64,000 nucleotides of DNA from Octopus vulgaris (GCA_951406725.2 OX597816.1:96534001-96598000); one strand, 5' to 3'; counted from the first letter of the stretch, positions 14,296 through 27,248 are shown. Notes: a model not told the origin generated them from the letters alone. Made by a program: numbers and translations.

Positions 14296-15877
14296 TTCAT
14301 CACTCTATTCGGGCTCGTGTGTTCCTACATCAATGTATGTATACATTTGTATACATAAAAATATGCACGCATATATCATCTTTTAATTGCTTCAGTCATT
14401 AGAGGCTCTGGAGCACCGCCCTGAAAAAATTTAGGTAAACGAATCGACCCCAATATTTATTTTTAAAAAGCGAGGTACTTATTCTATACCTCACTTTTAC
14501 CGAACTGCTAAGTTACCTGAGATGTAACAAATTAGAGCAGCTAAATCAATGATATCGACAGTGAATTTCTTTCACACGACAAGAACACCACACTGTTCTG
14601 GCCTGCCCATCCTTGAAATAGAGATGAACCCATTGAGTTAAAGTCAAATCAATATTAGTAACTAGGAGGACCCGTGAATATTTCACGGAATTAATAGTAA
14701 ACCTATAGGTTTATTCCTGAAAACTTTATCCATAAAGACTGAAAGCGTGGGTCTATATCAAAAGACAGTCGCTCATCTGCTATTCATTGTGAAGTGAAGG
14801 GAATTGGAATGCGATGATTACTTAATGCACTTTATATATATATACTTAGAAAAGGACGCGTGTGGCTTGATCATATAATAATATAAATAATATATAAATA
14901 TATGCATATATACATGCATATATGTACATACCTTCATATATATGTATATACACATACATATATGGGTACAGGACATTAAAAAATGTAGACACAATGAGAA
15001 AACGAAAACATAAAAGCAAAAACATAGAAAACGAACTTTTTTCGAACAATGAAAAATCAAACAAACAGAGAAACGAGACATGCAACATAAGGAGCATTCC
15101 CTTCATCGGTTGTCCCTGTTTCATCTACTCCGCGTTTCGGAGGTAAGGACAAGACGCGACTCCGTTGAAACAGTCCTTCCCGCGGAAGGTGAAAGTGGTA
15201 GCAAAAGGTGGAGAATGAGAACAAAACAATAAAAATAAACGGTGAGGGCTGTTAAGTCAAGACGTTGTGAAAAATTATTATGAACGCTAGAAAGACGAGC
15301 TACGAGAAGAGACAGATAAAAGCATATCTTGTCTTTACGAAGGAAGTGGAAGAAAGATCGCCTTTCGTCACGTGTCGGCTTAACAGCCCCCATCGTTTCT
15401 TTTACTGTCTTGTTCGGAAAGAGGAAAATGTTGAGAGAGAAGGAAAATAGGTAAGGAGCTGAGTTTGAGATTTTGTATATCATCTCATGGCCATGTACAT
15501 ATCTATATCTATAAACATACATGTATATATGTTTAAATACAATAACAAAATTATTTTAACTGGGCATTGATGACCTAGCAAACAGAAATGATGTAGAACA
15601 AGCCGAGTGATCAGCAGTCCGAATAATTCCACCAGTATCCATATTGTATCCGTAGTAATTTATTCATTAATCGTCTATACCGTCTTAGTGTAAATATGTA
15701 ACTCTAAGTAAGAATAATTCTGACACACTTGCTTTTTTGAGGTTAGTTTATCCTTTATAAATCAATTTCCAAAAATCGTATGAATTTACTTTGCCATTGG
15801 CTCAGGATTATGGTTTCGATAACAAGCTGCGACAGAAGACTAACATTTACATGACCGATTCTCTTTCAAATTCATTA

Positions 15878-16068
15878 ATTCTTTTCTACTCTAGGCACAA
15901 GGCCCTAAATTTGGGGGGAGTGGGACAGTCGATAAGATCGATCTCAGTATGCAACTAGTACTTAATTTATCGACCCCGAAAGGATGAAAGACAAAGTCGA
16001 CCTCGGCGGAATTTGAACTCAGAACATTTCACCCGGCGTGCTACCGTTTCTGCCAGCTCGCCGCCTTA
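15878..16068 (-). mobile_element. tRNA-derived SINE (central 'ctttcatcctttcggggtcgataaa' family)
   Basis: ggcggcgagctggcagaa head, gagttcaaattcc B box. Homologous copies at ~50.0-50.4k, 62.4k and 63.7k. Confidence 0.8.
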
Positions 16069-16498
16069 AATTCATTAATTCTAAAGGCCATATCGTACCA
16101 GACAGGCGTCTTTTATCTGCAAAGAAATTATCCCTATCACATATTAATCTTTCAGTCATTCTAAGATGATATATAGATTAATTGAAGGAGTTATTTGGAA
16201 ATCAGAATTTTATCTGAATTAAAGTAATCACTGTTGTGTCATCTCGATGAAATCTCAACGAATTTCACTGTATTTATCATTCTCAGAATATAGATTTTAC
16301 TGGAAATGTCTACGCAGCTAAACAGCTTGTTTGACCAACTGTTACGCTTGCAATGGATTTGTTACCAACTGACAATTCATCACGTTTCTGTACAGTTAAC
16401 AGTCAGTCATAGGTCGAAGTTTCTCGTCAGTCATACTTCAAAGAAACAGTTTCAAATCTTTAACCAGGATCCAGGATATCCTTTCACTATTGACTGAT

Positions 16499-16675
16499 TC
16501 ATCATCATCATCATCATCTTCTTCTTCTTCTTCTTCTTCTTCTTCTTCTTCTTCTTCTTCTTCTTCTTCTTCTTCTTCTTCTTCTTCTTCTTCTTCTTCT
16601 TCTTCTTCTTCTTCTTCTTCTTCTTCTTCTTCTTCTTCTTCTTCTTCTTCTTCTTCTTCTTCTTCTTCTTCTTCT
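16499..16675. repeat. (TCA)n(TTC)n microsatellite
   Basis: Direct reading. Source of the poly-Ser ORF. Confidence 0.97.
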
Positions 16676-16934
16676 AAGCAATAGTAGTTTCGTTCATTCT
16701 TTTTCAGTTTTTCCCTTCATTTTTTCAGCATCACTCTCTAACACTATTTCCTCTTCCTCTCACATAGTTTCTATTACTTTGAAGCACACACACGCACACA
16801 CACACACACATATATACACACATATATACACACACACTCACACACACACACACATACACACACACACTCACACACACACACAGAGATACGTACACACACA
16901 CGTACACACATACACATACCTATGCTGATATACA

Positions 16935-17525
16935 GTCATGCTTTCACCTGATGATAGACTTGTCAAAGGCTTTCTCCAAGTTAACAAACGCCAAGTACAA
17001 AGGTTTATCTTTGGCTAGTGATTTCTCCTGCAGCTGTCTTACCAGAAATATAGTATCAGTGGTGCTTCTCCCTGGCATAAAACCATACTGCATCTCATCT
17101 AAACTATCTTTCCCTAATTAGTTGGGCTATGGCCCTCTTCGTAAATTTCATCTCTTGGGCCAACAATTTTATACCTCTGTAATTATTTCTATCTAAGGCG
17201 TCACTTTTACCTTTGTAACAGTTGACTAGGGTACTGCTACATCAGTCAGTGTGTATTACTCCTTCCTGTAGCACCTGGTTAACTATAAGGGTGACTGGAC
17301 CATAGCTTAAACCGCCAGATAATTTAAGGATCTCAGCGGTGATTCCTGATGGGCCAGGGGCTTTCCCTGTCTTCATATCCTTAATTGCTTATCTACCAAG
17401 ATAATGTCGATTCGGTCAACATTTGACAGACTCTCTTTTCCCCATTCATTCTCTTCATTTAGCAGCCTTTCATAGTGGTGTTCCAAAGTCTCTTTCTTTG
17501 CAGCATCATTAAATGCAAGTGAGCC
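16935..17525 (-). pseudogene. RTE-type LINE reverse transcriptase fragment
   Basis: QYGFMPGRSTTDTIFLVRQLQEKSLAKDKPLYLAFVNLEKAFD; also KGKSDALDRNNYRGIKLL. Confidence 0.9.
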
Positions 17526-17941
17526 GATGGTGCTTGATCGAATACGTATATTAATTATCAGTGATCTCAAATTTAAAATTGAAATACTATACTGACGACG
17601 GGAGTGAGTAGAAATATGATTTTACATCTTTTTACATCTCTTTAACTATGAAACACATATATAGTTAATCAAAGCCGGGTGGATTCGTTTTCTCTTTACC
17701 TGCGTGAGTTAAAAGTATTACTATCTGGGAGATATCTTATGGTAGTTGAATAGTATTTAACTGCTTTTTCTAAATTTCGGTATTAAGTGAAGCAATTTTT
17801 GCTGATCCCTAATTATAATTATGCTTATTATTATAGATTTTTGTATAAGGTTACCGATAATGGTTCTTTTAACATATCGAACTACCTGGTAAAATTATTA
17901 ATTATTAATGGATTAATTAATTTTACCCTTTATTTTTATTG

Positions 17942-17975
<34 letters not shown>

Positions 17976-17992
17976 TTACACACACACATATA

Positions 17993-18151
17993 TTTATTTA
18001 TTTTATAGAAGGACCTTCTACAGGACTAGAACTGTTTCATTCAAATGAAATCATCAGTCCTGTAGAAGCTCCTTCTATAAAATAAATTAATTTACTCTGC
18101 CATGTATTGAGTACCTTATTTACTGTGGTTAACCCCGACTCAGCCCGGGAC

Positions 18152-18155
<4 letters not shown>
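17993..18155. mobile_element. Short fold-back Penelope-like remnant with a hammerhead core
   Basis: Inverted arms ttttatagaagga../..tccttctataaaa. Minus strand CUGAUGA-uuuc auuu gaau-GAAACAG uucuaguc CUGUA. Same family as 34098-34290. Confidence 0.65.
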
Positions 18156-18182
<27 letters not shown>

Positions 18183-18541
18183 AAGTCGTCTATAGGGGAG
18201 GTTTTTGAATATGCATATATCATAAAACCCTATTGTATTAGGCCGGCTACAGCTGGCTACAGCGTAACAATGCATTAAAATATTTATAAATTCCCTCCAT
18301 GGATTATCATTATAATTACTGTGTGTGTGTGCTCGCGTGTGTGAATGTGTATGTGTGTGTGTGAAGGCGTATAGTTTTGTGATTATTTCGTTACTCCAGT
18401 ACCCTCACCTCTAGAAATGAGTTGCGATGTCACTGGTGCCAAGCTGTGTTGATCTTTTAGTTTCCCTTGGACAACATCAGTGGCGTGAAGAGGGGCAACT
18501 TCTGGTCTTCTACAAACAACCTTGCCCGCACTTGTATCTAT

Positions 18542-18940
18542 AGGCGCAGGAGTGGTTGTGTGGTAAGTAGCTTGCTTACCAACCACATGGTTCCGGGTTC
18601 AGTCCCACTGCGTGGCATCTTGGGCAAGTGTCTTCTGCTATAGCCCCGGGCCGACCAATGCCTTGTGGATGGATTTGGTAGACGGAAATTGAAAGAAGCC
18701 CGTCGTATATATGTATATTTATATATATGTATGTGTGTAAATATGTTTGTGTGTCTGTGTTTGTCGCCCTAGCATTGCTTGACAACTAATGGTGGTGTGT
18801 TTACGTCCCCGTCACTTAGCGGTTCGGCAAAAGAGACCGATAGAATAAGTACTGGGCTTACAAAGAATAAGTCCCAGGGTCGATTTGCTCGACTAAAGGC
18901 GGTGCTCCAGCATGGCCGCAGTCAAATGACTGAAACAAGT
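18542..18940 (+). mobile_element. Full-length tRNA-derived SINE with internal microsatellite
   Basis: A box tggttgtgtggt, B box ggttcagtccc, ttgggcaagtgtcttc core, conserved tail gatagaataagtact...gactgaaacaag. Many copies in the window. Confidence 0.85.
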
Positions 18941-18955
18941 ACACACACACACACA

Positions 18956-18986
<31 letters not shown>

Positions 18987-19160
18987 CCTTTTTTGCTTTT
19001 ATTTGTTTCACTCATTTGACTTGCCCTTTAGTCGAGCAAATCGACCCCAGGACTTATTCTATCGGAGTCTTTTGTCGAACTGCTAAGTTACGGTACCTCT
19101 TTCCGCCTCTCATTCTCTCTCTCCCCCTCCCTCTCTCCCTCTCTCTCTCTCTCTCTCTCC

Positions 19161-19191
<31 letters not shown>

Positions 19192-20271
19192 TTTCTTTTT
19201 TCTTTTCATTTTTTATCTAGTTTCACCTCAAAGCTTGACCATGAAGGGGCACCGCCGTTTTGCTACATTGTTATTATCGAGACCCTCCTCTAGTATCTGG
19301 CAGTTAGTGAATAAGGGAGTTTGATGTATATGTATTAATTGAAGGGTACAGTATTATATATCCATAACGGCCGATCTTACTAATCGGCTTGGCACTAGAG
19401 GTTCAAAAGAGTGTTATGTAACAGTTCGATTATGTAACCCTGCCATCTTCAGAGGTAGCCTTTATGGAATATATATATTGTGTTTGTGTGTGTGTGCATA
19501 TTCAGAATACACTTAATATATATTTGCATCTTACGGTCTTTCTATATGCATGCGTGTATGTTGAAGAGTGAAATGTGAAATGTATTAGCATATGTAACTA
19601 TACGAGAATTTGCTTTTCAGCTGCATACTCGGATTGATTTGCAATGACATCGATCCTAATGCTAAGTATTGTATACATATCTATCATTATAAAGAGGTTC
19701 ATCGTTTATTGATACATGTACAACATATTTACAGATGTTAAAACATTAATCAAACGAATGTAAACTTTCAAATAAACTCGTCTAGATGGATTTCTTTCAA
19801 CAGATGAAATATGCTACTACCAATGTTTAATATTATTAAAAGATTTTTTTTTTTAGTTGTTGTTTCAACCTTCTTGTGATGTTTACCCTTATTTGCTCAC
19901 CTGAAGAAATTATTCTACGTAAGGTATCTTAGCAAAAGAGTAATTCATTTTTTGTCACCTGCAAAGAAAATGGAATCTACACTTTAAAAAGGTCTTATCG
20001 CTGTAGCAACCCGTTATAACATTTACTCAATGTATTGAATGAGTGAGCTGTTGATTTTAGTAATTCAAATCTGCTACTTTTATATCGCTTACAAAATGGT
20101 TTAGAGTAAAGTAGAAATGAAAACAAATATTTAAGTAGGAAATAAAATACTATTTATTATTCATCATTTACTTAGCGATGTAGATTGGCAGGTTTTTAGT
20201 TCAAATTGCATCGATAGTAGCGGTCAGGTACTACACATCTGCTATTTAGACTATATCTATAATAATACATG

Positions 20272-20575
20272 TGGAGGCACATGGCCTAGTGGTTAGAGCA
20301 GCAGACTCGCGGTCGAGGGATCGCGGGTTCGAATCTCAGTTCGGACGATGTGTGTGTTTATGACTGAAACACCTAAGCTCCATGCGGCTCTGGCAGAAGG
20401 TAATGGCGAACTTCTGCTGATTCTTTCGCCACAACTTTCTCTCACCCTTTCCTCCTACATCTTGCAGCTCACCTGCGACGAACCGGCGTCTCGTCCAGGT
20501 GGGGAACCTATACGCCAAGGAAACCGGGAAACCGGCCCTTATAAGCCAGGCGTAGCTCGAGAAGGAACAAACAAT
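20272..20575 (+). mobile_element. tRNA-derived SINE
   Basis: TGGCCTAGTGG (A box) and GGTTCGAATC (B box), followed by a non-tRNA body and an A-rich tail. Confidence 0.8.
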
Positions 20576-20865
20576 ATAATAATACATATTTAATATAATA
20601 TAATACAAGATCTTGTTCCAATGTAATATGTGTGTATGTGTGTGTAAGTGTGTGTGTGTGCTTGCATGATATTTCCATTCTGTGTAAGTTGGACTTTTTT
20701 CTATTATATGCATGCATATGTACTTTTTTGTATTAAGTGTATTTAATATTTTCTTTATGCCGACTTGCCTAACTTGCTTGTCCTTACATTTACTCCTCTA
20801 CCTGCTCAAGTTCAAATATCTTGAGCACTACGAAGTGTATTCTATACAGAGAATACCTGCCTCTA

Positions 20866-20934
<69 letters not shown>

Positions 20935-20940
20935 ACTATC

Positions 20941-20977
<37 letters not shown>

Positions 20978-20980
<3 letters not shown>

Positions 20981-21728
20981 AAATTTAATAAGGGTAGAAA
21001 TTGATATTAATCAATTAAAACCAGTGGCCCAGCATATTAAAAAACCCCGAAGATTAAAATATTTTTACATACAAAATTTAAAGGACTGACCACTAAATAT
21101 GGACAGTCAACATGCTAGATATAGACGTCAAATTGCTATTATCCACAAAGAATATGTTCGCAAATAAAAACTCAGCACAAAGCCAAAGCATTAAAAATAA
21201 GCAAGACAAATGAAAATATACGAAATAAAAATGATTTTTAATATGCTGGGCCACTGGTTTTAATTGATTAATATCAATTTCTACCCTTATTAAATTTTAA
21301 TTTAAATAAATATGTTCTCTAACCGGTAAATTGACTGCTGCTACTTATTAGCTGCAGGGTAGTTTTTCCGATCTCAGCGCGCCAAAGTGAAGGCATTTGA
21401 AAGATACACAAAAATATAATCGGTTGGACTCCATGCACGCGAGACTCCGGTCAAACGTTTTTGCATCTAGTCCTGCAAATTGTATTTCTATTGACAGACC
21501 TTGCTGACAAGATTACAGTTTATCCTTGCGGATATTAATAATCGAAACTGATTCAGTACATGGGTAATCATTTTTATTTCGTATATTTTCATTTGTCTTG
21601 CTTATTTTTAATGCTTTGGTTTTGTGCTGAGTTTTTATTTGAGAACATATTTTTTGTGGATAATAGCGATTTAACGTCTATATCTAGCATGTTGACTGTC
21701 CACTTTTAGTGGTCAGTCCTTTAAATTT

Positions 21729-21733
<5 letters not shown>
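20978..21733. mobile_element. Diverged relative of the 546-bp family: ~524-bp circularly permuted unit with an inverted partial copy and a hammerhead
   Basis: 20978-21236 is the reverse complement of both ends of 21236-21733. Shares atgctgg..ctggttttaa, tctcagcgcgcca, catttgaaa and tttgcatct with the 546-bp unit. Confidence 0.8.
21499..21563 (+). ncRNA. Hammerhead ribozyme (G8A-mutated)
   Basis: CCUUG-CUGACAA-GAUUA...UAAUC-GAAA-CUG auu CAG-UA-CAUGG. Confidence 0.65.
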
Positions 21734-21780
<47 letters not shown>

Positions 21781-21805
21781 TGTATATATTTCTCTCTCTC
21801 TCTCT

Positions 21806-21866
<61 letters not shown>

Positions 21867-22220
21867 CTATTATGCAGAAGTGTCGTAAGTCCAAAATGTT
21901 GCTTTTTCAGCGCATGAATAAATAGTTTAACCATTCCGTAGCAAAACCTTCGTACTACACTTTGACAATTTTTGATGTCTTGGTATCTTAAGCAGCTAGA
22001 GATACGATAGTTTGACCAAAAGAACCGGCTATTGCAAGCAAAACTAAATTCTGAAAAAACTAATTTGGCCAAATTTGGACATACAACAGTTTAACATAAT
22101 ATTAACGATATATATAATTGATTTAGGCAACAGTAACATGACTGAGGGTGTAAGAAACATCTATATTGCTATTATTACATTAAATAGGGTCCTGAAATTA
22201 TATTAATAATAATAATAATG

Positions 22221-22264
<44 letters not shown>

Positions 22265-22266
<2 letters not shown>

Positions 22267-22500
22267 ACCTACAACAACCATCCCTGTTGTTGTAGGAGCT
22301 CTGGGAATGATTAAAAAAGGCACCGACAAATTTTTTGACCAGATCCCCGGGAAACCATTAATGAAGCTTATAAAATTGTGTTGACATCAAACGCCCACAT
22401 TCTCGGGAAGTTTCTCTCCCTCTAATAGTCTCTGGTTGAAACCCGATCAGAAGATAAAATGGAATGCAATTTAATTGGAAAATGATAAAATAATAATAAT
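22265..22500 (+). pseudogene. R4/Dong-like (REL endonuclease) LINE 3' end within (TAA)n
   Basis: TTTIPVVVGALGMIKKG, the C-terminal REL motif. Flanked on both sides by (TAA)n. Confidence 0.7.
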
Positions 22501-22629
22501 AATAATGATGCTTTTTACTGTAGGCACAAGGTCTGAATCTTTGGAGGAAGGCGTACGTCGACTTACACCGACCCCAATATTCAACTGGTACTTATTTCAT
22601 TGATCTCCAATAACAACAACAACAACTAT

Positions 22630-23420
22630 AATAATAATTTCTTTTATTTGCCACCAGGGCGAAGGATAACGGGAACAATACAAAGATAAAAAGTGTGGGA
22701 GCTTACATATAATGGAATGATAAGATAAAAAAGAAGGGAAGTATACATAGTATACGCCACTAGAAAAAAGGGGAGAAAGGTGATATTGATGGGGTCCTCC
22801 TGAAACATGAGGACCTCTAGAGATAATCAAAGAACCCACCCACCCAAAGAACCTAGAGATAATCAAAGAACCCACCTGAATACCAAGGACGAGAGTCCTC
22901 TTGAACATCTTTCTTCCGACTCACAGGTCTTCGCTGAGAGTGGTACCATCCATTCTTGCCACTTTCGCAACTTTCACCCACCTTTTCATAAATTCACTCG
23001 AAGATAGCCCCCCTCCCCCTCTCCACTCTCACTTTCCTTTTCAAGTGAAACTTGAAAAAGTCGATGACGGCTTTACCAAAGAGGAATTTTCTGTCCTCAT
23101 TCCTTTAAGCCTCATCCATTGGATAACCTCTTTTGCCACAGCCACTAGATAAAAGAAAACTGCCTTGCCATCCCGATTAAAGGAGGGCGAAGGGGCAATC
23201 ATCATTATGGACTTGGCTGACAGACGAATCTGTCCTACATGAGACGGCAGCTGTTCAACTCCAAAAGTCAGCAATGCCTGGACACTGAACGAGTGCATGC
23301 AGAACGGTTTCGTTGCTCTCCGAGCACCTCGGACAATCCCGTCTGACAGCACATCTGTGTCTGTAGAGTTTATCTTGAACTGGTAACGCCCCGCCCCCGG
23401 TAGCACTGCCAAACCAAAGA
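22630..23420 (-). pseudogene. L1/Tx1-clade LINE 3' fragment
   Basis: WQCYRG..LPVQDKL and CPRCSESNETVLHALVQCP (CCHC zinc knuckle), followed by a 3' UTR and an A-rich/(TTG)n end. Confidence 0.75.
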
Positions 23421-23659
23421 TATCTAGAAATTATCCATAACGGTTCCCTACCGGAATAGACCTGTCAGTTCGTCTACGTCGACGCCTAGGGTCTCCCCGA
23501 GGCCGTCGTCGCATTTCTCCGTTACTAATCATCTGTAAATATCTAAAGTGGAACATCCACCAATCCCATTGCTCAACTTGTAGAGAACAGTGAGTGCATA
23601 TAATGTACACATACAGGTACACTCACATATTCATGGGTGTGAGCGTTTATGTATGCGTG

Positions 23660-23701
<42 letters not shown>

Positions 23702-24163
23702 TAAAAAAGTTCGTGTTGTAACCGTCAGTACCTACAGGACTATATCATCCACCTAACATTGATGTAAATGAAGTGCAGTTGGAAAGTCATAGAAATATTT
23801 GTATATCTAAGTAGTGCATATACCCCTTTTTTATTGAAGCTGCAAAAACTGTCACTCAGAGCTTCATGTTTCCGTCCGTCGTACATTTGTAGTCAAGACA
23901 AGAATAAAATTGTGTTGGTACATGTAACATGATTTGATATAATGCAATTTGACGAATAAGCATTTGAATTTGATTGGGTAACTTATTTTCAAAATATCAA
24001 CGGTACTGTATTCGCTAAAGGTTGGGCGGATTAGTGTGTATAAATTGGACTGCAATATATATATATATTATAATAGAACAACCTTGAGTGAAGAAGTGAG
24101 TAATGCGTGTCTAGAAGGGTTTAATTAATATTTAATAATTAACAGAGGCGTTAAGGTTGTTTT

Positions 24164-24202
<39 letters not shown>

Positions 24203-24205
<3 letters not shown>

Positions 24206-24706
24206 GAGGTTACATCAAAAATATCCGCACTTTCGCCATAAAATATCTTTATTATTGTCGCACTACCTTCTGCGCATGGTTACTTATAGTTGATACTACT
24301 GTGGTCATGTAATCGAAGTTTGAGCCTGATCGCACCAATTTTCTTTCCGGTTTTGCAATGTAAGCACGGCCGCTCCACTAGCAATGTGCACCAAAGACGA
24401 ACTAAGAGCAGTGATCCGATTTCTCTAGTCGGAAGGTGTGTCAGGCTTTTAGCATAATACGGGAACAGTGCACTACCGCATAGAAGTGTATATGAGTGGA
24501 TCGAGAAGTTTAAAAGTGACCGGACAAGCGTGATGTACGAAGAGGGAGCAGGACGGCCGTAAACCTTCACCACTGACGAAAAAATTCAGCAAGCTCGAGA
24601 GATGGTAATGGTGAACCGGTGATTTATCAATGATGAGGTAGCTTGTTCTCTGCAGATTAGTCATGGTTCTGCCTATCAAATCATCCACGATGAGGTCGGC
24701 TTCCGT
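24203..24706 (+). mobile_element. Mariner 5' fragment
   Basis: TA-CGAGGTTACATCAAAAA TIR-like start. HTH remnants RAVIRF, YGNSALPHRSVYEWIEKFKSDRTSVMYEEGAGRP. Confidence 0.8.
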
Positions 24707-24884
24707 AAATGAAACAAAAGGCATTCAATACATTTATTGGGTGTTACATGTATTACTCAAAACAGTGAGATTTGGATTCCTTACTACTTCAAGTTTCAAA
24801 GCCCCTTATGGGACCTTTCTCGTCAGGGTGGCAGCGGTTTCGAAACTTTAAGTAGCACGGATCTGAGCCAAACGCTTTTGAGTA

Positions 24885-24963
<79 letters not shown>

Positions 24964-25055
24964 CGTGTGTGTGTTTGTGTGTGTGTGTGTTTGTGTGTGA
25001 GTGTTTATGTTTCTGTGCGTGTGCATGTGTATACGTATAGAGTGTTTGAATTAGT

Positions 25056-25270
25056 GTACAGATATTGTATATTGAGAAAAAGGAGGCAGTCAGAATTTTG
25101 GATAATTCTTTATTACTGATTTCGTTCGGTTAAATAAACTCTTCAAGACAAAAATTAGAACCATTTCGCTTTTAATTTTTGTCTTGAAGAGTTCATTTAA
25201 ACGAACGAAAGCGCTAATAAAATATTATCCAAAATTCTGACTGTTTCTTCTCAATATACAATATCTGTAC
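25056..25270. repeat. Fold-back inverted repeat with degenerate hammerhead-like cores
   Basis: ~100-bp imperfect inverted arms. The right arm reads UUGAAGA-guuc..gaac-GAAA gcgc UA. Confidence 0.6.
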
Positions 25271-25839
25271 TCAACTGTAATGTAAGTATGTATGTATGCA
25301 TGTATGTATGTATGTATGTATGTATGTATGTATGTATGTATGTATGTATGTATGTATGTATGTATATATGTATGTATGCATACATGCATGTATGTATGTA
25401 TGTATGTATTTATGTATGTGTGTATGTAAATGAATACAGAGAGAGAAAGAAAGAGAGAGTGAGAAAGAAAAAGGGGAGAAATGGAGAGAATTGTTAGTGC
25501 TTCTATTATCAAAGAGAGGTTTATCGCCTGCGATTTTGAGTGTTCTGAAAGCATAGATGCTAGGATAAGGACAAGGTGAAAACAAGGTTCGGAGAGATAT
25601 TTGTTCCGCTGACAATGAAGTGATACACGGTCCAAAAGATGCGTTGTGTCCCTGTCCAAGGCACTTCAATTCACGTTCCTCCAGTCCAGTCCGCTGAAAA
25701 CATGAAAGATGTGAACCATTGCTGTGCAAATTCTCGACTTTTTGCTGTCACATGAGGGATGTTCCTCTGGTTCCAGGGTAGGAAAGTCGAGAGGGTATCC
25801 ATGTCCATAATTTGTGAAAGAAGAGTCCTTTTTTTAATG

Positions 25840-26520
25840 TATGTATGTATTTATGTATGCTAATATGCATGCATGAATTTATGAACTGTTCTTCTTTTAA
25901 TTGCTTGGCAATAATGTTGTGAAATAATTATCTTTTGTTGTTCATCATCATTTAAACCTTACGAAGGTCTTAGATTCTTACTGACCGAGATATCGTGATT
26001 ATTTGTAGTGTATGAATCAAGGTTCTCTTTTTAAGAACCCAAACTAAGTCGTAATTTGCTGGTACGTTGGTGAATTGGTATATATCCTGCTGCTCCAATA
26101 ATATTTACGATACTGAAAGTGTATCTTAGATACTGTATTTGTGAACACTTAACGGTTCATAGATGGCCGCTTTCTCCTGTATGTTTTCCGACCACGTTGG
26201 TGTGCGGAGCGCAGCTGATTTCCACAAGAGAGCATATCTTTTTCTAATGATCCCACACAACACTATCTGACCCTCTGTGTATCTTGGTAGCTGTTTTGAT
26301 TTTTAAGTTCCAAAAATATTCTTTTGACCCATCAGTCTCATTACATTCGACTTCGTCTTTTGTTGTTGCCTTTCTTTTATTTTTTGTCTTTCGTCGTGAG
26401 GCCCGGCTAAGGGTGAGTCATGTCTCATGTGGCCCGCTTCTCAAAACAGTTCTCCCAAACGTGGTTTACAATATATTCGGGGATAAGGTTTTGGATTACA
26501 ATATACGATTTAAAATCAAG
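25840..26520 (-). pseudogene. R4/Dong-like LINE REL-domain remnant
   Basis: RHD motif, EYFWNLKIKTATKIH, SVVWDH*KKICSLVEISC, IIGAAGY. The 3' side abuts (CATA)n. Confidence 0.7.
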
Positions 26521-26634
26521 AGTGAGTTATGTTAATCATAGAAGAGGAGAATAAAAAAAATTGAATTTGTGTTTCTTGGAGAAGATCATTATCACATTAC
26601 TCCGGCAAATATGTTGCATATTATTGATATCTAT

Positions 26635-26958
26635 CTTTTATCATTTACTTATTTCGGTCATTAGCCTGCGGTCATGCTCCGGCACTTATTTTTAAGCCTA
26701 GTACCCAATCTATTTGCCGAACCTCTAAGTTACGGGAATGCAAACACACCAACACCAGTTGCCAAGCAGTGGTGAAGGGTAACAGAGACAGACATATACA
26801 CATGGGATTCATTCAGTTTCCATCTATCAAGTCCCCTCACAAGGTTTTGGTCAGTCCGAGGCTATAGTAGAAAACACTTGCCCAAGGTGCCACGCAGTAT
26901 GACTGAACGTGGAATCATGTGGCTGGCAAGCAAGCTTCTTACTACACAACCACGCCTA
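26635..26958 (-). mobile_element. tRNA-derived SINE (18542 family)
   Basis: Reverse-complement homology to 18542-18940. Confidence 0.8.
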
Positions 26959-27242
26959 TATATTATAAAAATATATATTGTGCATGTATCACATTCAGAA
27001 CCCTTTTGTGTGTGTATGTGTGTGTGTGTGTGTGTTTCAAAAAGAATCCAGATATGACCATTCCATTTTTCTATATTACCAGGGATTAGATTATCAAATG
27101 CATTCTTTAAGATTAAGGGAAGATTTTACTTCTGTTTCTAGAAGATCAGACAAATCCATCATATACACAACGAATGTATCACAAAGCTGTACAATAAAAG
27201 AAATTCGAAACAATACATCAATGGTAGCATATGTTGAATTAA

Positions 27243-27248
27243 TTTATT
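27243..27248 (-). promoter_or_regulatory. Polyadenylation signal of the protamine-like gene
   Basis: AATAAA on the minus strand about 30 nt after the TAA stop at 27280. Confidence 0.55.

Noticed and set aside
20272-20345. tRNA gene
   Set aside because: A and B boxes are present but there is no acceptor-stem closure, and it continues into a SINE body.
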